Assembly: GCA_937910695.1 (NCBI GenBank)
Contig: CALEMW010000148.1
Coordinates: forward strand, 237-64,236
From: an uncultured bacterium
GTDB taxonomy: Bacteria; Krumholzibacteriota; Krumholzibacteriia; LZORAL124-64-63
Direction: 5' to 3'
Length of the DNA: 64,000 bases
In this document: in pieces, positions 26,238 through 35,664 of the stretch
How positions within the stretch are numbered: the first letter of the stretch is position 1
How the letters are laid out: each line of letters starts with the position of its first letter
Translations under genes and position numbers: made by a program
The notes under the pieces: model-generated
Database searches by the model: none
What the model saw: the letters and a program-made list of their open reading frames with translations, nothing else
Told to the model about the DNA's origin: nothing

Positions 26238-27353
26238 TCAGACCTCCCTGGCCTTGGCCGACAGGCCCAGATGCCGTTCGGTCGTCTTCGCTTGACGCAC
26301 CAGAACCGATTCGACCAGCTGCGCCGATGAAGGGACGACGGGGCTCGGTCCCGGCCAGGGGCCGCGTCCAAGCAGAGAGACGGGGCACGGTGCGGCCATC
26401 AGCACATCGATGAGCTTGCCTTTGTGAGCAATCAGATCGAGACGTGTCGGGGCGATCCAGTCGCAGTTCCACTCCTTTGCCTGGAGCCAGCCCTGCCCGA
26501 TGACGCTCTGATCCGAGTCCAGGGGGACCGCGAGATGCCTGTGCATGTTTTCGTCCCCGGCGAGAATGACCTGTACGGCCGGGTCGGACATGAACGCCGT
26601 GCCGAGGGCGGGCGTGTCGATGATCACGGCGTCGTAGGATTTGAAGTGTTCGGCGGCGCGTACGATCTGATCGCCGCGGCGCAAAATCGCCGCATCGTAG
26701 CCATGCAGCCGCGACTCTTCCTGGAGCTGACGGACGTCTCCCTTGTGCCGTGGTCCAAGGGCCAGGATCAACACCCGTTGCCCGCGGGACCGCAGGGTCG
26801 CGGCTGTGCCCAAGACGAGGGTGGTCTTGCCTGATCCCGGACGTCCTAGCACGAGGTGGCGGCCCCCGATGGTTTCCCATGTGCCCCCGCTGGTGGGAAG
26901 AAGGCTCGCCAGATGCTGACGGGGCTCGGCCGCTCCGCCTTCGGCCCGCCATGTTCTGGCGATCTGTCGGACAGCGGGTCGAGAGACACCGGACAGCAGG
27001 AGTTCCCTGGTCAAGGGAAACGAATCCAGCAGCTCCGCGTCGGCGTCGACGTCGCGTCGGCGCCCACGGGTGATATCCTGGACGAGGGACTCGATGCGCG
27101 CGACCTCGACGGCGAGAGCCTCGGGCATGCCGGCCGGGCCGGAGTCATCAGCGGCGAAGCCGCTGTTCAGAGCGACCACGATTTCCACCAACCGCGTTTC
27201 GCCCAACCCTTCGATACTGCGCTCCTTCACCTCGCGGCTCTCGACGATCTGGGCGTTCGGTCCGTAACGCTTCTTCACGTTGGCCAAAGCCTCGTTGAGA
27301 GTGCGGCCGCGGATCGTCACGGTAGGCAGATCAACCGGTTGCTTGCTGAGCAT
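26238..27353 (-). CDS. flhF: FlhF-like SRP-family GTPase (degenerate motifs)
   Basis: N-terminal EALANVKKRYGPNAQIV, P-loop GRPGSGKTT, DTPA and TRLD; follows flhA. Confidence 0.85.
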   Translation of the reverse strand: MLSKQPVDLPTVTIRGRTLNEALANVKKRYGPNAQIVESREVKERSIEGLGETRLVEIVVALNSGFAADDSGPAGMPEALAVEVARIESLVQDITRGRRRDVDADAELLDSFPLTRELLLSGVSRPAVRQIARTWRAEGGAAEPRQHLASLLPTSGGTWETIGGRHLVLGRPGSGKTTLVLGTAATLRSRGQRVLILALGPRHKGDVRQLQEESRLHGYDAAILRRGDQIVRAAEHFKSYDAVIIDTPALGTAFMSDPAVQVILAGDENMHRHLAVPLDSDQSVIGQGWLQAKEWNCDWIAPTRLDLIAHKGKLIDVLMAAPCPVSLLGRGPWPGPSPVVPSSAQLVESVLVRQAKTTERHLGLSAKAREV

Positions 27354-29436
27354 GGCTCACGTCCTTCGTCGAGACCGTGCCGGCGGACTTGATCTGCGTC
27401 TGGGACGTGATCTCCGTGTAACCGACGACGGCCAGGCTGGAGAAGCTGGGCTCGACGAGCCGCTTCATGAACATCCTGATGGGTGTGGGAACGAGCAGCA
27501 CCGGCGGGGTGCCGCGGCGATAGGCGGCCTGAAGAGAGCGCTCAAGACGCTCGAGGAACGACTGGGCGAAGGCCGGATCCAGAACAACAGAACCGATATT
27601 TTCGGAGTCGTGGGCCGCGCGGGCGATCACACGCTCCGTATCTGGGTGAATTGATACGACGTGCATGAAACCGTCGGGCTCGGTGTACAGAGAACTGATG
27701 ATCCGACGCAGGCTTTCGCGCACCTTTTCCACGAGGGAGTCGACGGGCGCCGACGCTGCATTGTGATTGGCCAGGGTCTCGAGGATCGTGACGATGTCCT
27801 TGACCGGCACGCGCTCGTGCAGCAGGGAGCGCAGGACGTTGTGCAGGGTGTTGATCGGCACCCGATCCGGAATGAGGTCTTCGATGAGCGAAGGGGCGAA
27901 GTCACGCACCGTCTCGCACAGGTCCTTCACATCCTGCCGCGATAGCAGTTCATCGGCGTGAGCACGTACGATTTCAGAGAGATGCGTCGTCAGCACTGCC
28001 GAGGGCTCTACAACGGTGAACCCCTCCATCTCCGCAGCGGTCTTCATCCCGGGTTCGATCCACACGGCGGGCAGTCGGAACGCAGGTTCGACCGTGGGCA
28101 TGCCGCCGAATTCAGCATCCGAGCCCAGGGCGTTCATGGCCAGCAGCCGTTCGGGCAGCAGTGTCGAACGCGCGATCTCTACGCCCTTGAGCTTCAGCAC
28201 GTACTGATTGGGCTCGAGCTGGAGATTGTCGCGGACCCGCACCGGATGCACCACGATGCCGAGTTCGAGACCGATCTGATTGCGGACCTTGCTGATGCGC
28301 TGGAGCAGGTCTCCGCCGCGGCGCTCGTCCACCAGGGGCAGCAGGCCGTACCCCAGTTCCAGCTCCAGGGTATCTGTGATGAAGCGGCCGTCCTTCTCGT
28401 GGACTTCTGGGGCCGACTCGGCGTCGATGGCGTCCTGCTCTTCCTTTTCTTCCGCGTCGGTGGCCGCCTGCACCTTCTTGTTCAGGATGCGTCCCACCAC
28501 GGCGAAGGTGGAGCCGAGCAGTACGAAGGGAAGTGTCGGCAGTCCGGGAATCAAGCCGAAGACGATGAGGGCACCGCTGGCCAGATCCACGGCTTTGGAC
28601 TGACGGAAGATCTGCATCGTCAGGGCCTGCCCCAGGTTCAGGGAGCTGCTCTGGCGTGTGACGACCATGCCCGCGGCGGTGGAGATCAACAAGGCGGGGA
28701 GCTGGCTGACGAGGCCGTCGCCCACCGTCAGAGTGGTGAACCGACGCATGGAATCGCCGGCCGAGAGATCCAGCTGCGTCATTCCGATCACGAAACCTGC
28801 CAGGATATTGATCAGGGTGATCACGATTCCGGCAATGGCGTCGCCCCGCACGAACTTGCTGGCGCCGTCCATGGCGCCGAAGAACTCGGCCTCGCTGGCG
28901 ATGTCCTGGCGGCGCTTGCGGGCCTGTTTCTCGGTGATCATGCCGGCGCCCAGATCGGCATCGATGGCCATCTGCTTGCCCGGCATGGCGTCCAGGGTGA
29001 AGCGGGCCGCCACCTCGGCGATCCGGCCGGATCCCTTGGTAATGACCACGAATTGGACGATCATCAAGATGGCAAAGACGATCACGCCGATGACGTAGTT
29101 GCCGCCCACGACGAAGTCGCCGAAGCTCTGGATCACCTTACCGGCTTCGGCCTCCCCCAAAATCAAGCGCGTCGAGGCCACGTTCAGGCTGAGTCGGAAC
29201 AGGGTCACCATCAGCAGAAGTGACGGGAAACTGGAGAATTGCAGGGGTTCCTTCAGGTAGAGCGCGACCAGCAGGATGACCACCGCGAAGGCGATGTTGA
29301 AGGTGATCAGCAGGTCGAGGGCCAACGGGGCCACCGGCATGATCATCAGACCGATCACGGCCACGACAGCCAACGCGCTCAGCACGTTGCTGTTGGCCAG
29401 GATCATGTCCCTGTCGATGCTCGACTGGTGCTCCAA
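27331..29436 (-). CDS. flhA: Flagellar export protein FlhA
   Basis: RIAEVAARFTLDAMPGKQMAIDADL and GAMDGASKFVRGDA. Confidence 0.99.
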   Translation of the reverse strand: MEHQSSIDRDMILANSNVLSALAVVAVIGLMIMPVAPLALDLLITFNIAFAVVILLVALYLKEPLQFSSFPSLLLMVTLFRLSLNVASTRLILGEAEAGKVIQSFGDFVVGGNYVIGVIVFAILMIVQFVVITKGSGRIAEVAARFTLDAMPGKQMAIDADLGAGMITEKQARKRRQDIASEAEFFGAMDGASKFVRGDAIAGIVITLINILAGFVIGMTQLDLSAGDSMRRFTTLTVGDGLVSQLPALLISTAAGMVVTRQSSSLNLGQALTMQIFRQSKAVDLASGALIVFGLIPGLPTLPFVLLGSTFAVVGRILNKKVQAATDAEEKEEQDAIDAESAPEVHEKDGRFITDTLELELGYGLLPLVDERRGGDLLQRISKVRNQIGLELGIVVHPVRVRDNLQLEPNQYVLKLKGVEIARSTLLPERLLAMNALGSDAEFGGMPTVEPAFRLPAVWIEPGMKTAAEMEGFTVVEPSAVLTTHLSEIVRAHADELLSRQDVKDLCETVRDFAPSLIEDLIPDRVPINTLHNVLRSLLHERVPVKDIVTILETLANHNAASAPVDSLVEKVRESLRRIISSLYTEPDGFMHVVSIHPDTERVIARAAHDSENIGSVVLDPAFAQSFLERLERSLQAAYRRGTPPVLLVPTPIRMFMKRLVEPSFSSLAVVGYTEITSQTQIKSAGTVSTKDVSHAQQATG

Positions 29437-29445
29437 ATGGCTCTC

Positions 29446-30507
29446 CTAGGACTTCTTCAAGCGGTAGACGTAGGCCAGGATCTCCGCCACGGCCTTGTAG
29501 AGTTCGTCCGGGATGTAATGCCCGATCTCGACGACCTTATGCAGGGCACGTGCCAGCGGTTTGTTCTCGATGACGGGAACCCGGTTTTCCCGGGCGATTT
29601 CCTTGATCCGACGCGCGACATGATCGGCGCCCTTGGCCACGACCTTCGGCGCCGGCTCACCCGGCACATACTTCAAAGCCACCGCGAAGTGGGTCGGGTT
29701 GGTGATCACGACATCGGCCGTGGGTACGTCGGCCATCATGCGACGACGCAGGTTCTCGAGCTGCATCGAGCGGATACGGGCCTTGATCTGGGGATCACCG
29801 TCGAGATCCTTGGCCTCCTCCTTGACCTCCTGCTTGGTCATCTTGAGGTCTTCCTCGTGCTGCCATTTCTGGAACGTCCAGTCCGCCACGGCCAGCAGGG
29901 CGAGCAAAGCCAGCATGCGGTAAACGAGCTTCATCATCATTGTCTTGCCGACAGCCGCTGCACCGTCGAGGGTCAGCAGCGACGTGCCGACGACTTCACC
30001 GATCACGCCGTTGATGGTCAGCCAGCCCATGGTTGAAATGATGGTGATTTTCAGCACGTTCTTGAACAGCTCGAAGGCGGACTTCTTCGAGACGATTTGC
30101 TTGAGCCCCGAAACGGGATTGAGCTTGCTCCAACGGAACGCCATCGCCGAGATGTTCACGTGCCAGCCCACCTGCAACACGTTGGCTGCGACACCGGCGA
30201 CCATCACCGTGAGCATGATCGGAGCGAGGGTCTTGAGGATCAGGGCGAAGTTGGCCGACGCGATCTCCACCAGGGCGTAGGGATTGTCCAGAAGGAAGAT
30301 GTGCGCCTGGCCGAAGAGGTAGCGGGAGTTCTCCCCCAGGAGTCGCGACATGAACCCGCCCACGACGAACAGCAGCGAAAAGGCGAGCAGCAGCACGATG
30401 AGGCTGTTGACCTCCTGACTGACGGCCACCTGTCCTTCTTCGAGGGCCTTCTCGCGACGTTTACCTGTCGCCGCTTCAGTCTTCTCTCCGCTCGATCCTT
30501 CCGCCAT
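29446..30507 (-). CDS. flhB: Flagellar export switch protein FlhB
   Basis: EKTE N-terminus, NPTH autocleavage site and PKVVAKG. Confidence 0.98.
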   Translation of the reverse strand: MAEGSSGEKTEAATGKRREKALEEGQVAVSQEVNSLIVLLLAFSLLFVVGGFMSRLLGENSRYLFGQAHIFLLDNPYALVEIASANFALILKTLAPIMLTVMVAGVAANVLQVGWHVNISAMAFRWSKLNPVSGLKQIVSKKSAFELFKNVLKITIISTMGWLTINGVIGEVVGTSLLTLDGAAAVGKTMMMKLVYRMLALLALLAVADWTFQKWQHEEDLKMTKQEVKEEAKDLDGDPQIKARIRSMQLENLRRRMMADVPTADVVITNPTHFAVALKYVPGEPAPKVVAKGADHVARRIKEIARENRVPVIENKPLARALHKVVEIGHYIPDELYKAVAEILAYVYRLKKS

Positions 30508-30554
30508 GTCCACTCACCTCCTCGGTGGGAAAAGGGCCTCCTCGGCCCCGTCGT

Positions 30555-31340
30555 TCAGGCGCGCAGCGCCGAAAGCAGCTCGTAGAGCTGCGTTTCCATA
30601 CCGGTCATCAGATCCGTGACGATGCGGCCGAAGAACACGAGCGATGCGCCCATAACGGCCAAGCCCACGGCGATCTTGATGGGGAAGCCCACCACCAGGA
30701 TGTTGATCTGGGGCACGGTCTTGACGACGAACCCCATGGCCGCACTGATCAGCAGCAGCACGATCACCACCGGCGTCGCGATCACAAATCCGATCTTGAA
30801 GAATTCCCCAAAACCGCCGACGAGATACCAGGCGCCGGACCGCACGGCCACATCGCCGAACAGGGGCGCCACATAGCAGGTCTCGACGAGCACCCGGATC
30901 AGCATGTGGTGGAGGTCCAGAGCGAAGAAGATCATCACCGCGAGCAGGTAGTAGAACTGGGCCAGCACCGACGCCTGCATGTTGCTCTGGGGATCGATGG
31001 TGTTGACCATGGAGAAACCGATCTGCACGCCGATGATCTGGCCGGCGAAGCGGACGGCTGCAAACGGGATGCCCACCACGAAGGCGACCATCATGCCCAC
31101 CAGGGTGCTGTTGCCGGCTTCGGCCAGCAGCGTCTCCCAGGTCAGGATCAGGGTTCCTGGTGGCAGGGTCGCAACGATCACGGGCGCTGCTGCCGCGGCC
31201 ACGACGCCGGCCAGGGTCAAGCGCCAGGCGACCGGAACTGTCCGTCCGGAGATCAACGGCAGCAACGCTGCGACGATGGACAGACGCAGCGTCAGCAGCA
31301 CCGTCACTACCAGGAAGGTCGCGTCGAAGGTGACGGGCAC
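30555..31340 (-). CDS. fliR: FliR
   Basis: AGQIIGVQIGFS and PQINILVVGFP; gene order. Confidence 0.96.
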   Translation of the reverse strand: MPVTFDATFLVVTVLLTLRLSIVAALLPLISGRTVPVAWRLTLAGVVAAAAAPVIVATLPPGTLILTWETLLAEAGNSTLVGMMVAFVVGIPFAAVRFAGQIIGVQIGFSMVNTIDPQSNMQASVLAQFYYLLAVMIFFALDLHHMLIRVLVETCYVAPLFGDVAVRSGAWYLVGGFGEFFKIGFVIATPVVIVLLLISAAMGFVVKTVPQINILVVGFPIKIAVGLAVMGASLVFFGRIVTDLMTGMETQLYELLSALRA

Positions 31341-31348
31341 GGACCCTC

Positions 31349-31612
31349 CTACATGGCGCCGATGCGCTCGAAGATGCCTTCGGTATAGCGCGTCAGCTGG
31401 GAGATGGCCCAGGGCAGCGAAAGGACCAGGGTGACGAAGACGGCGACGATCTTCGGTACGAAGGTCATGGTCATCTCGTTGATGTGGGTGGCGGCCTGGA
31501 AGATGGAGATCACCAGACCCACGAGCATGCCTGCGGCGAGCATCGGGCCGGCCACCAGCAGGGTCGTCTTCATGGCCGTCTGGCCCAGTTCGATCACGGT
31601 TTCAGGCGTCAT
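31349..31612 (-). CDS. fliQ: FliQ
   Basis: FQAATHINEMTMTFVPK. Confidence 0.97.
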   Translation of the reverse strand: MTPETVIELGQTAMKTTLLVAGPMLAAGMLVGLVISIFQAATHINEMTMTFVPKIVAVFVTLVLSLPWAISQLTRYTEGIFERIGAM

Positions 31613-31627
31613 GGGACCCTCCCGGGG

Positions 31628-32395
31628 TCATTCGAAGGCGCTCACCAATGAGCGCACGACCAGGTACCAGCCGTCGACGAGGACGAAGAGCAAAATCTTG
31701 AACGGAAGACTGATCAACACGGGCGGGAGCATCATCATACCCATGGACATCAGCACCGAGGCGACGACCATGTCGATGATCAAAAACGGCAAAAACAGCA
31801 CGAAGCCGATCTGGAAGGCCATCTTCAGCTCGCCGAGCACGAAGCTCGGCACGACCACCAGCATGGGCAGTTCCTGAGGTGTTTCGGGAGCCTCCCGATC
31901 GGTCAGTTCCAAAAACAGAGCCACGTCCTTTTCCCGCACCTGGCCCAGCATGAATTCCTTGAGCGGAGCCTGGGCCAGGGAGAAGGCCTCCTGCTGAGTG
32001 ATCTGCTCGGCCAGGTAAGGCTGCACCGCATCGGTGTTGATCTGCTGGATCACCGGGCCCATGACCACGAAGGTCAAGAAGAGCGCCAGGCCGATGACGA
32101 TCTGGTTCGAAGGCATCTGGTTGGTGCCCATGGCCTGACGCAGGAAGCCCAGCACGATGACGATGCGCGTAAAACTGGTGAGCATGACCAGCAAGGCTGG
32201 CGCGAGGGTCAACAGGGTCATCAGCAGAACGATTTCCACCGCTACGTCCATCCGGGCGGCACCGTCGGCATCGCCCAGAGACAAGCTGATGGAAGTGGGA
32301 ACCTGCCCCGCAGGCGCTGTGATTTGGGCCGATGCAGACGCTGCAACAACGCCGATCAACAGCACGGCCAACATGATGATTCGAAAAGCGCGCAA
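31628..32395 (-). CDS. fliP: FliP
   Basis: TSFTRIVIVL and GMMMLPP...LPFKILLFVLVDGW. A TTG start after GGAGG gives a signal peptide. Confidence 0.97.
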   Translation of the reverse strand: MRAFRIIMLAVLLIGVVAASASAQITAPAGQVPTSISLSLGDADGAARMDVAVEIVLLMTLLTLAPALLVMLTSFTRIVIVLGFLRQAMGTNQMPSNQIVIGLALFLTFVVMGPVIQQINTDAVQPYLAEQITQQEAFSLAQAPLKEFMLGQVREKDVALFLELTDREAPETPQELPMLVVVPSFVLGELKMAFQIGFVLFLPFLIIDMVVASVLMSMGMMMLPPVLISLPFKILLFVLVDGWYLVVRSLVSAFE

Positions 32396-32435
32396 GGAGG
32401 GCCTCCGGTTCGGGTCGGTCATCACGTCGTGCTCT

Positions 32436-32451
32436 CGCAACACGCGTGCCA
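32436..32451 (-). promoter_or_regulatory. Sigma54 promoter for the fliPQR-flhBAF operon
   Basis: TGGCACGCGTGTTGCG, a near-perfect -24/-12 consensus. Confidence 0.85.
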
Positions 32452-32521
32452 TCCTCACCTTCAGGGGCGCCGTCTTCTCCCAGGCATCTTGTGATGCGGC
32501 TTCAGCTTGGCTTGGGGTTTG

Positions 32522-32555
32522 AAAAAGGACCGTCCGGTAGGGATCCGGGCCGGTC
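32522..32555 (-). terminator. Probable intrinsic terminator after fliO
   Basis: GACCG-gc-CCGG/CCGG-a-CGGTC stem followed by CTTTTT. Confidence 0.6.
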
Positions 32556-32589
32556 GAGGGATGTCCAGGAGCGGTCGGTTTCAGATCGG

Positions 32590-32913
32590 TCAGCGGCGGC
32601 CGAGCACCCGTTTCAGGCTGCGGGCCAGGGTGGCGGGGCCCTCGTCGGAGGGAGCGGATCCAGCGGGTTTCGCCGGCTGTCTGTCGACCAGCAACATGGC
32701 GCCTTCGCTGCGGTAGATGATCAGTTCTTCGTCACGGTACTGCAAACGCTCCACGGAGCGTCGGGGTCCGAGGGGCGAGACGTCAAGCAGACGGAACTCG
32801 CCGGGCAGGCGCCGCCCTTGCCACTGGCCGAGCAACTTGAGGGTCAGTACGAGGACGCCGGCCACCAGCAGGAACGAGCCGATCAACCGCCACCACGGAG
32901 CGCCGAATTCCAT
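32590..32913 (-). CDS. fliO: FliO
   Basis: N-terminal TM segment and LGPRRSV motif; between fliN and fliP. Confidence 0.8.
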   Translation of the reverse strand: MEFGAPWWRLIGSFLLVAGVLVLTLKLLGQWQGRRLPGEFRLLDVSPLGPRRSVERLQYRDEELIIYRSEGAMLLVDRQPAKPAGSAPSDEGPATLARSLKRVLGRR

Positions 32914-32914
32914 C

Positions 32915-33307
32915 TCAGACCAGCTTCTGGATGTGCTCGCCGCGTCGCAGCAGCTTGGTGATGCGGATCGCGAAGTGATCGTCCACGACCACTACTTCAC
33001 CGCGGGCGGTCAACACGCCGTTGACCATCAGGTCCACCGGCTCGCTGGGCGATTTGCCGAGCTCCACGACCGTCCCGGGAGCCAGGTCCAGGATCTCGCG
33101 CACCTTCATGCGTGTCCGTCCCAGTTCCACGTTCACCTTCATGTCGATGTCGAGCAGAACACCCAGGTTTTCGGCGCCGGAACCGATGTTCTCCAGATCT
33201 TCGTGCAACGGAGTCTCCATGGGATTGGGCGTGGTGTTCTTCTGGACCGCCTCATCCTTGACGAGTTCCTGGTTGGCGATTTCGGGGCTCATGGTGTCGT
33301 TGGTCAT
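32915..33307 (-). CDS. fliN: Motor switch protein FliN
   Basis: LLDI..VELGRT and ARGEVVVVDDHFAIRIT. Confidence 0.97.
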   Translation of the reverse strand: MTNDTMSPEIANQELVKDEAVQKNTTPNPMETPLHEDLENIGSGAENLGVLLDIDMKVNVELGRTRMKVREILDLAPGTVVELGKSPSEPVDLMVNGVLTARGEVVVVDDHFAIRITKLLRRGEHIQKLV

Positions 33308-33308
33308 C

Positions 33309-34370
33309 TCAGTCCTCCGGGTCGAGGCGCTCGGTGATCCGCAGCGCACGACTGTTGTGGAGCTTGCCAGGCGTTCCCTTGAACAGGGGCTTGCCCTGAA
33401 CCTCGACGGTCAGGGGGGAATTCACGGACTTGTGGAGAGGAATCACGTCCCCTTCCTTAATCTGCAGAACCTTGCTCAGAGGCATCTGGATTTCACCCAG
33501 ATTTACAATCACATCCGATGACGTGATCTGAAGCATGTCGAACACCAGGGTGCGGTCACGGCGTACTTCATCAAGGGTCCGGTACTCGGCGCTCTCATCC
33601 GGTGAGAACTGTTCCCATACGGGCTCGAAGGCCGTCAGCGGAATGCAGAGCACGATCTCGCCGGTGACTCCGTCCAGGTCGAGCTGGAACTCCAGCAGGA
33701 TCACCGTCTCGCCGTTGCTCATGGTACCGAGGTAGGCGGGACTGTTCTCCATGCCGTTGAGTTCGGGCTGAATAGGTACGGTTCGCTCCGTAGCTGCGCT
33801 GAAAGCGTCGAGGATCTTGGTGACGATGATCCGCGCCACGCCGAATTCGATGTCCGTGAACTTGCGGGGGTTCGTTTCCTCTTCGATCAGACCGCCGAGC
33901 AGACGCTTCATGATGATGAAGCTCATGCCGATGTCCATCAGCAGCAGGGAGGGGCCGGCCAGGGGCGGCAGCGAGAGGGTCGCAACGCTCGACAGGGCGG
34001 GCAGGGTACGCACGTAGTCGCCGAAGGTGGAGAGCTTGAGACTCTTGTGCTCCATGCTGACATTCGCCCGCAGCATGCTGGTAAACGAGAGGGAGACTGT
34101 TTTGGCGAACGATTCGCAGATCGTCAGCATGTTCTTCTCGAAAGACTTCGAGATGTTGTACGGACGCCGAAAATCGAAGGGCAGGATCGGGTGGCCCCGG
34201 TGACGCCCCAAGGTGTGCTCGATACTCTGACCCGCCAGGCCGTCGCGAACAGGCGCCGCGTTCTCCTCTTCAGGCTCGCGGGAGGGCGCCGGATCGCCGG
34301 CGAATCCCTCGGGCTCCTGATCGAGCAGATCGTCGATATCGACGTTGGTGTTCGTAGTCTCGGTGCTCAT
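33309..34370 (-). CDS. fliM: Motor switch protein FliM
   Basis: FDFRRP, RLLGG, RKFTDIE and a C-terminal SpoA domain. Confidence 0.93.
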   Translation of the reverse strand: MSTETTNTNVDIDDLLDQEPEGFAGDPAPSREPEEENAAPVRDGLAGQSIEHTLGRHRGHPILPFDFRRPYNISKSFEKNMLTICESFAKTVSLSFTSMLRANVSMEHKSLKLSTFGDYVRTLPALSSVATLSLPPLAGPSLLLMDIGMSFIIMKRLLGGLIEEETNPRKFTDIEFGVARIIVTKILDAFSAATERTVPIQPELNGMENSPAYLGTMSNGETVILLEFQLDLDGVTGEIVLCIPLTAFEPVWEQFSPDESAEYRTLDEVRRDRTLVFDMLQITSSDVIVNLGEIQMPLSKVLQIKEGDVIPLHKSVNSPLTVEVQGKPLFKGTPGKLHNSRALRITERLDPED

Positions 34371-34392
34371 CGTTTCCGTCCCGCGGCGGTCC

Positions 34393-34899
34393 CTACTGGA
34401 CAACCATGTCGGAGAAATAGACGCTCGTGAGCTTGCCCTCGGGCAGCACATCACCGAGCTTGCGGTGCAGTTCGGCCTTGAGGGCCGCTTTGCCGTCGCC
34501 GGTGCCGAGATCGTCGGAGGACTTGTTGGACAGGGCCAGGATTGCGATGTCACGCAGCTGGGGCATCCGCGCCGTAACGAGATCGGCTGTGACCTGGTCG
34601 CTGACCTCGAGATCGATGGTGATCTTCAGATAGTTCTGACGGCGACTGCCGTCATTGAGGGTCACGACCATCTCGTTCAGTCCCACGATGACGCCTTCAC
34701 CTTCAACGGCCGCAACCACGACCGTATCGGTCGTCGACTCCCCCAAGGCCGTCAGCTTCGGAGCGATCACGAACTGGACGATCCCGACAGCCATCACGGC
34801 CTGCAGGACCACGATGATGCCCAAAAGGACGATCTTGTTGTCCAGGAATCCCGCTTTGGGTTCCGGAGGCGTCTCGGTCTTCGTCTTTTCTTCGGCCAT
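34393..34899 (-). CDS. fliL: FliL
   Basis: Single TM segment, PQLRD, and terminal VYFSDMVVQ. Confidence 0.93.
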   Translation of the reverse strand: MAEEKTKTETPPEPKAGFLDNKIVLLGIIVVLQAVMAVGIVQFVIAPKLTALGESTTDTVVVAAVEGEGVIVGLNEMVVTLNDGSRRQNYLKITIDLEVSDQVTADLVTARMPQLRDIAILALSNKSSDDLGTGDGKAALKAELHRKLGDVLPEGKLTSVYFSDMVVQ

Positions 34900-34902
34900 T
34901 GC

Positions 34903-35646
34903 TTAGCCCTCGCTTTCCTGAGTCGTTGTCGCGGCGTTTTCCGCGGCGGTTTTCTCTTCGTACTTCATGAAGATCTCGACGCGTCGATTCTTCGATCGCC
35001 CATCCGGCGTGCCGTTGTCGGCGATGGGCCTAAACTCTCCGTATCCCGTGGCCCGCAGCCGCGCGGGCTGGATTCCCGTTCCTTGGAGGCTCCTGGCCAC
35101 GGCGATGGCCCTGGCCGCCGAGAGCTCCCAGTTCGACGGGAACTGAGGCGTGTTGATCGGCAGCGAATCCGTGTGCCCGCTGACTTCGATCGTGGTGGCC
35201 TTGCCGTCCAGGAAGTCCGAGATCTTGGCGAGGACCGCTCCCGCCGTGCCTTGCAGCACGGCCTTGCCGGAGGAGAAAAGGAACTCGTCTTCGATCTTGA
35301 TCTGGATCCCCTGATCGGTCATGGACACTTCGACCTGATCGTCGAGTCCCTCATCGAGCAAGTACTGTTCCAATTGCCGGAACTCGTAGAGCATCTCCTC
35401 GTCGGCCGCTCCTTCGTCCTTAGGAACGACGACATTTTCGAATTCGATGATGGTGTCGGAATTGTGGAATACGCCCAGGGCCGTCTGCAGAGACTCCATG
35501 GCCTGCTTGAATTTCGTCTCCTGGATCGACGAGAAACTGAGCAGCAGGATGAAGAACGTCAGCAACAGGGACATCATGTCCCCATAGGTCACCACCCACC
35601 CCGGGATTCCGGGCTCTTCGGGGGGGCATTTACACTTCTTCGCCAT
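34903..35646 (-). CDS. motB: Stator B subunit (PomB/MotS-like)
   Basis: WVVTYGDMMSLLLTFFILL; OmpA-like GHTD, SNWELSAARA and NRRVEI. Confidence 0.96.
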   Translation of the reverse strand: MAKKCKCPPEEPGIPGWVVTYGDMMSLLLTFFILLLSFSSIQETKFKQAMESLQTALGVFHNSDTIIEFENVVVPKDEGAADEEMLYEFRQLEQYLLDEGLDDQVEVSMTDQGIQIKIEDEFLFSSGKAVLQGTAGAVLAKISDFLDGKATTIEVSGHTDSLPINTPQFPSNWELSAARAIAVARSLQGTGIQPARLRATGYGEFRPIADNGTPDGRSKNRRVEIFMKYEEKTAAENAATTTQESEG

Positions 35647-35664
35647 CGTGGCCCTCCGCGGGGA

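Noticed and set aside
32462-32471. CAGGGGCGCC shared with the topA promoter palindrome
   Set aside because: A GC-rich 10-mer match is plausible by chance in this sequence.
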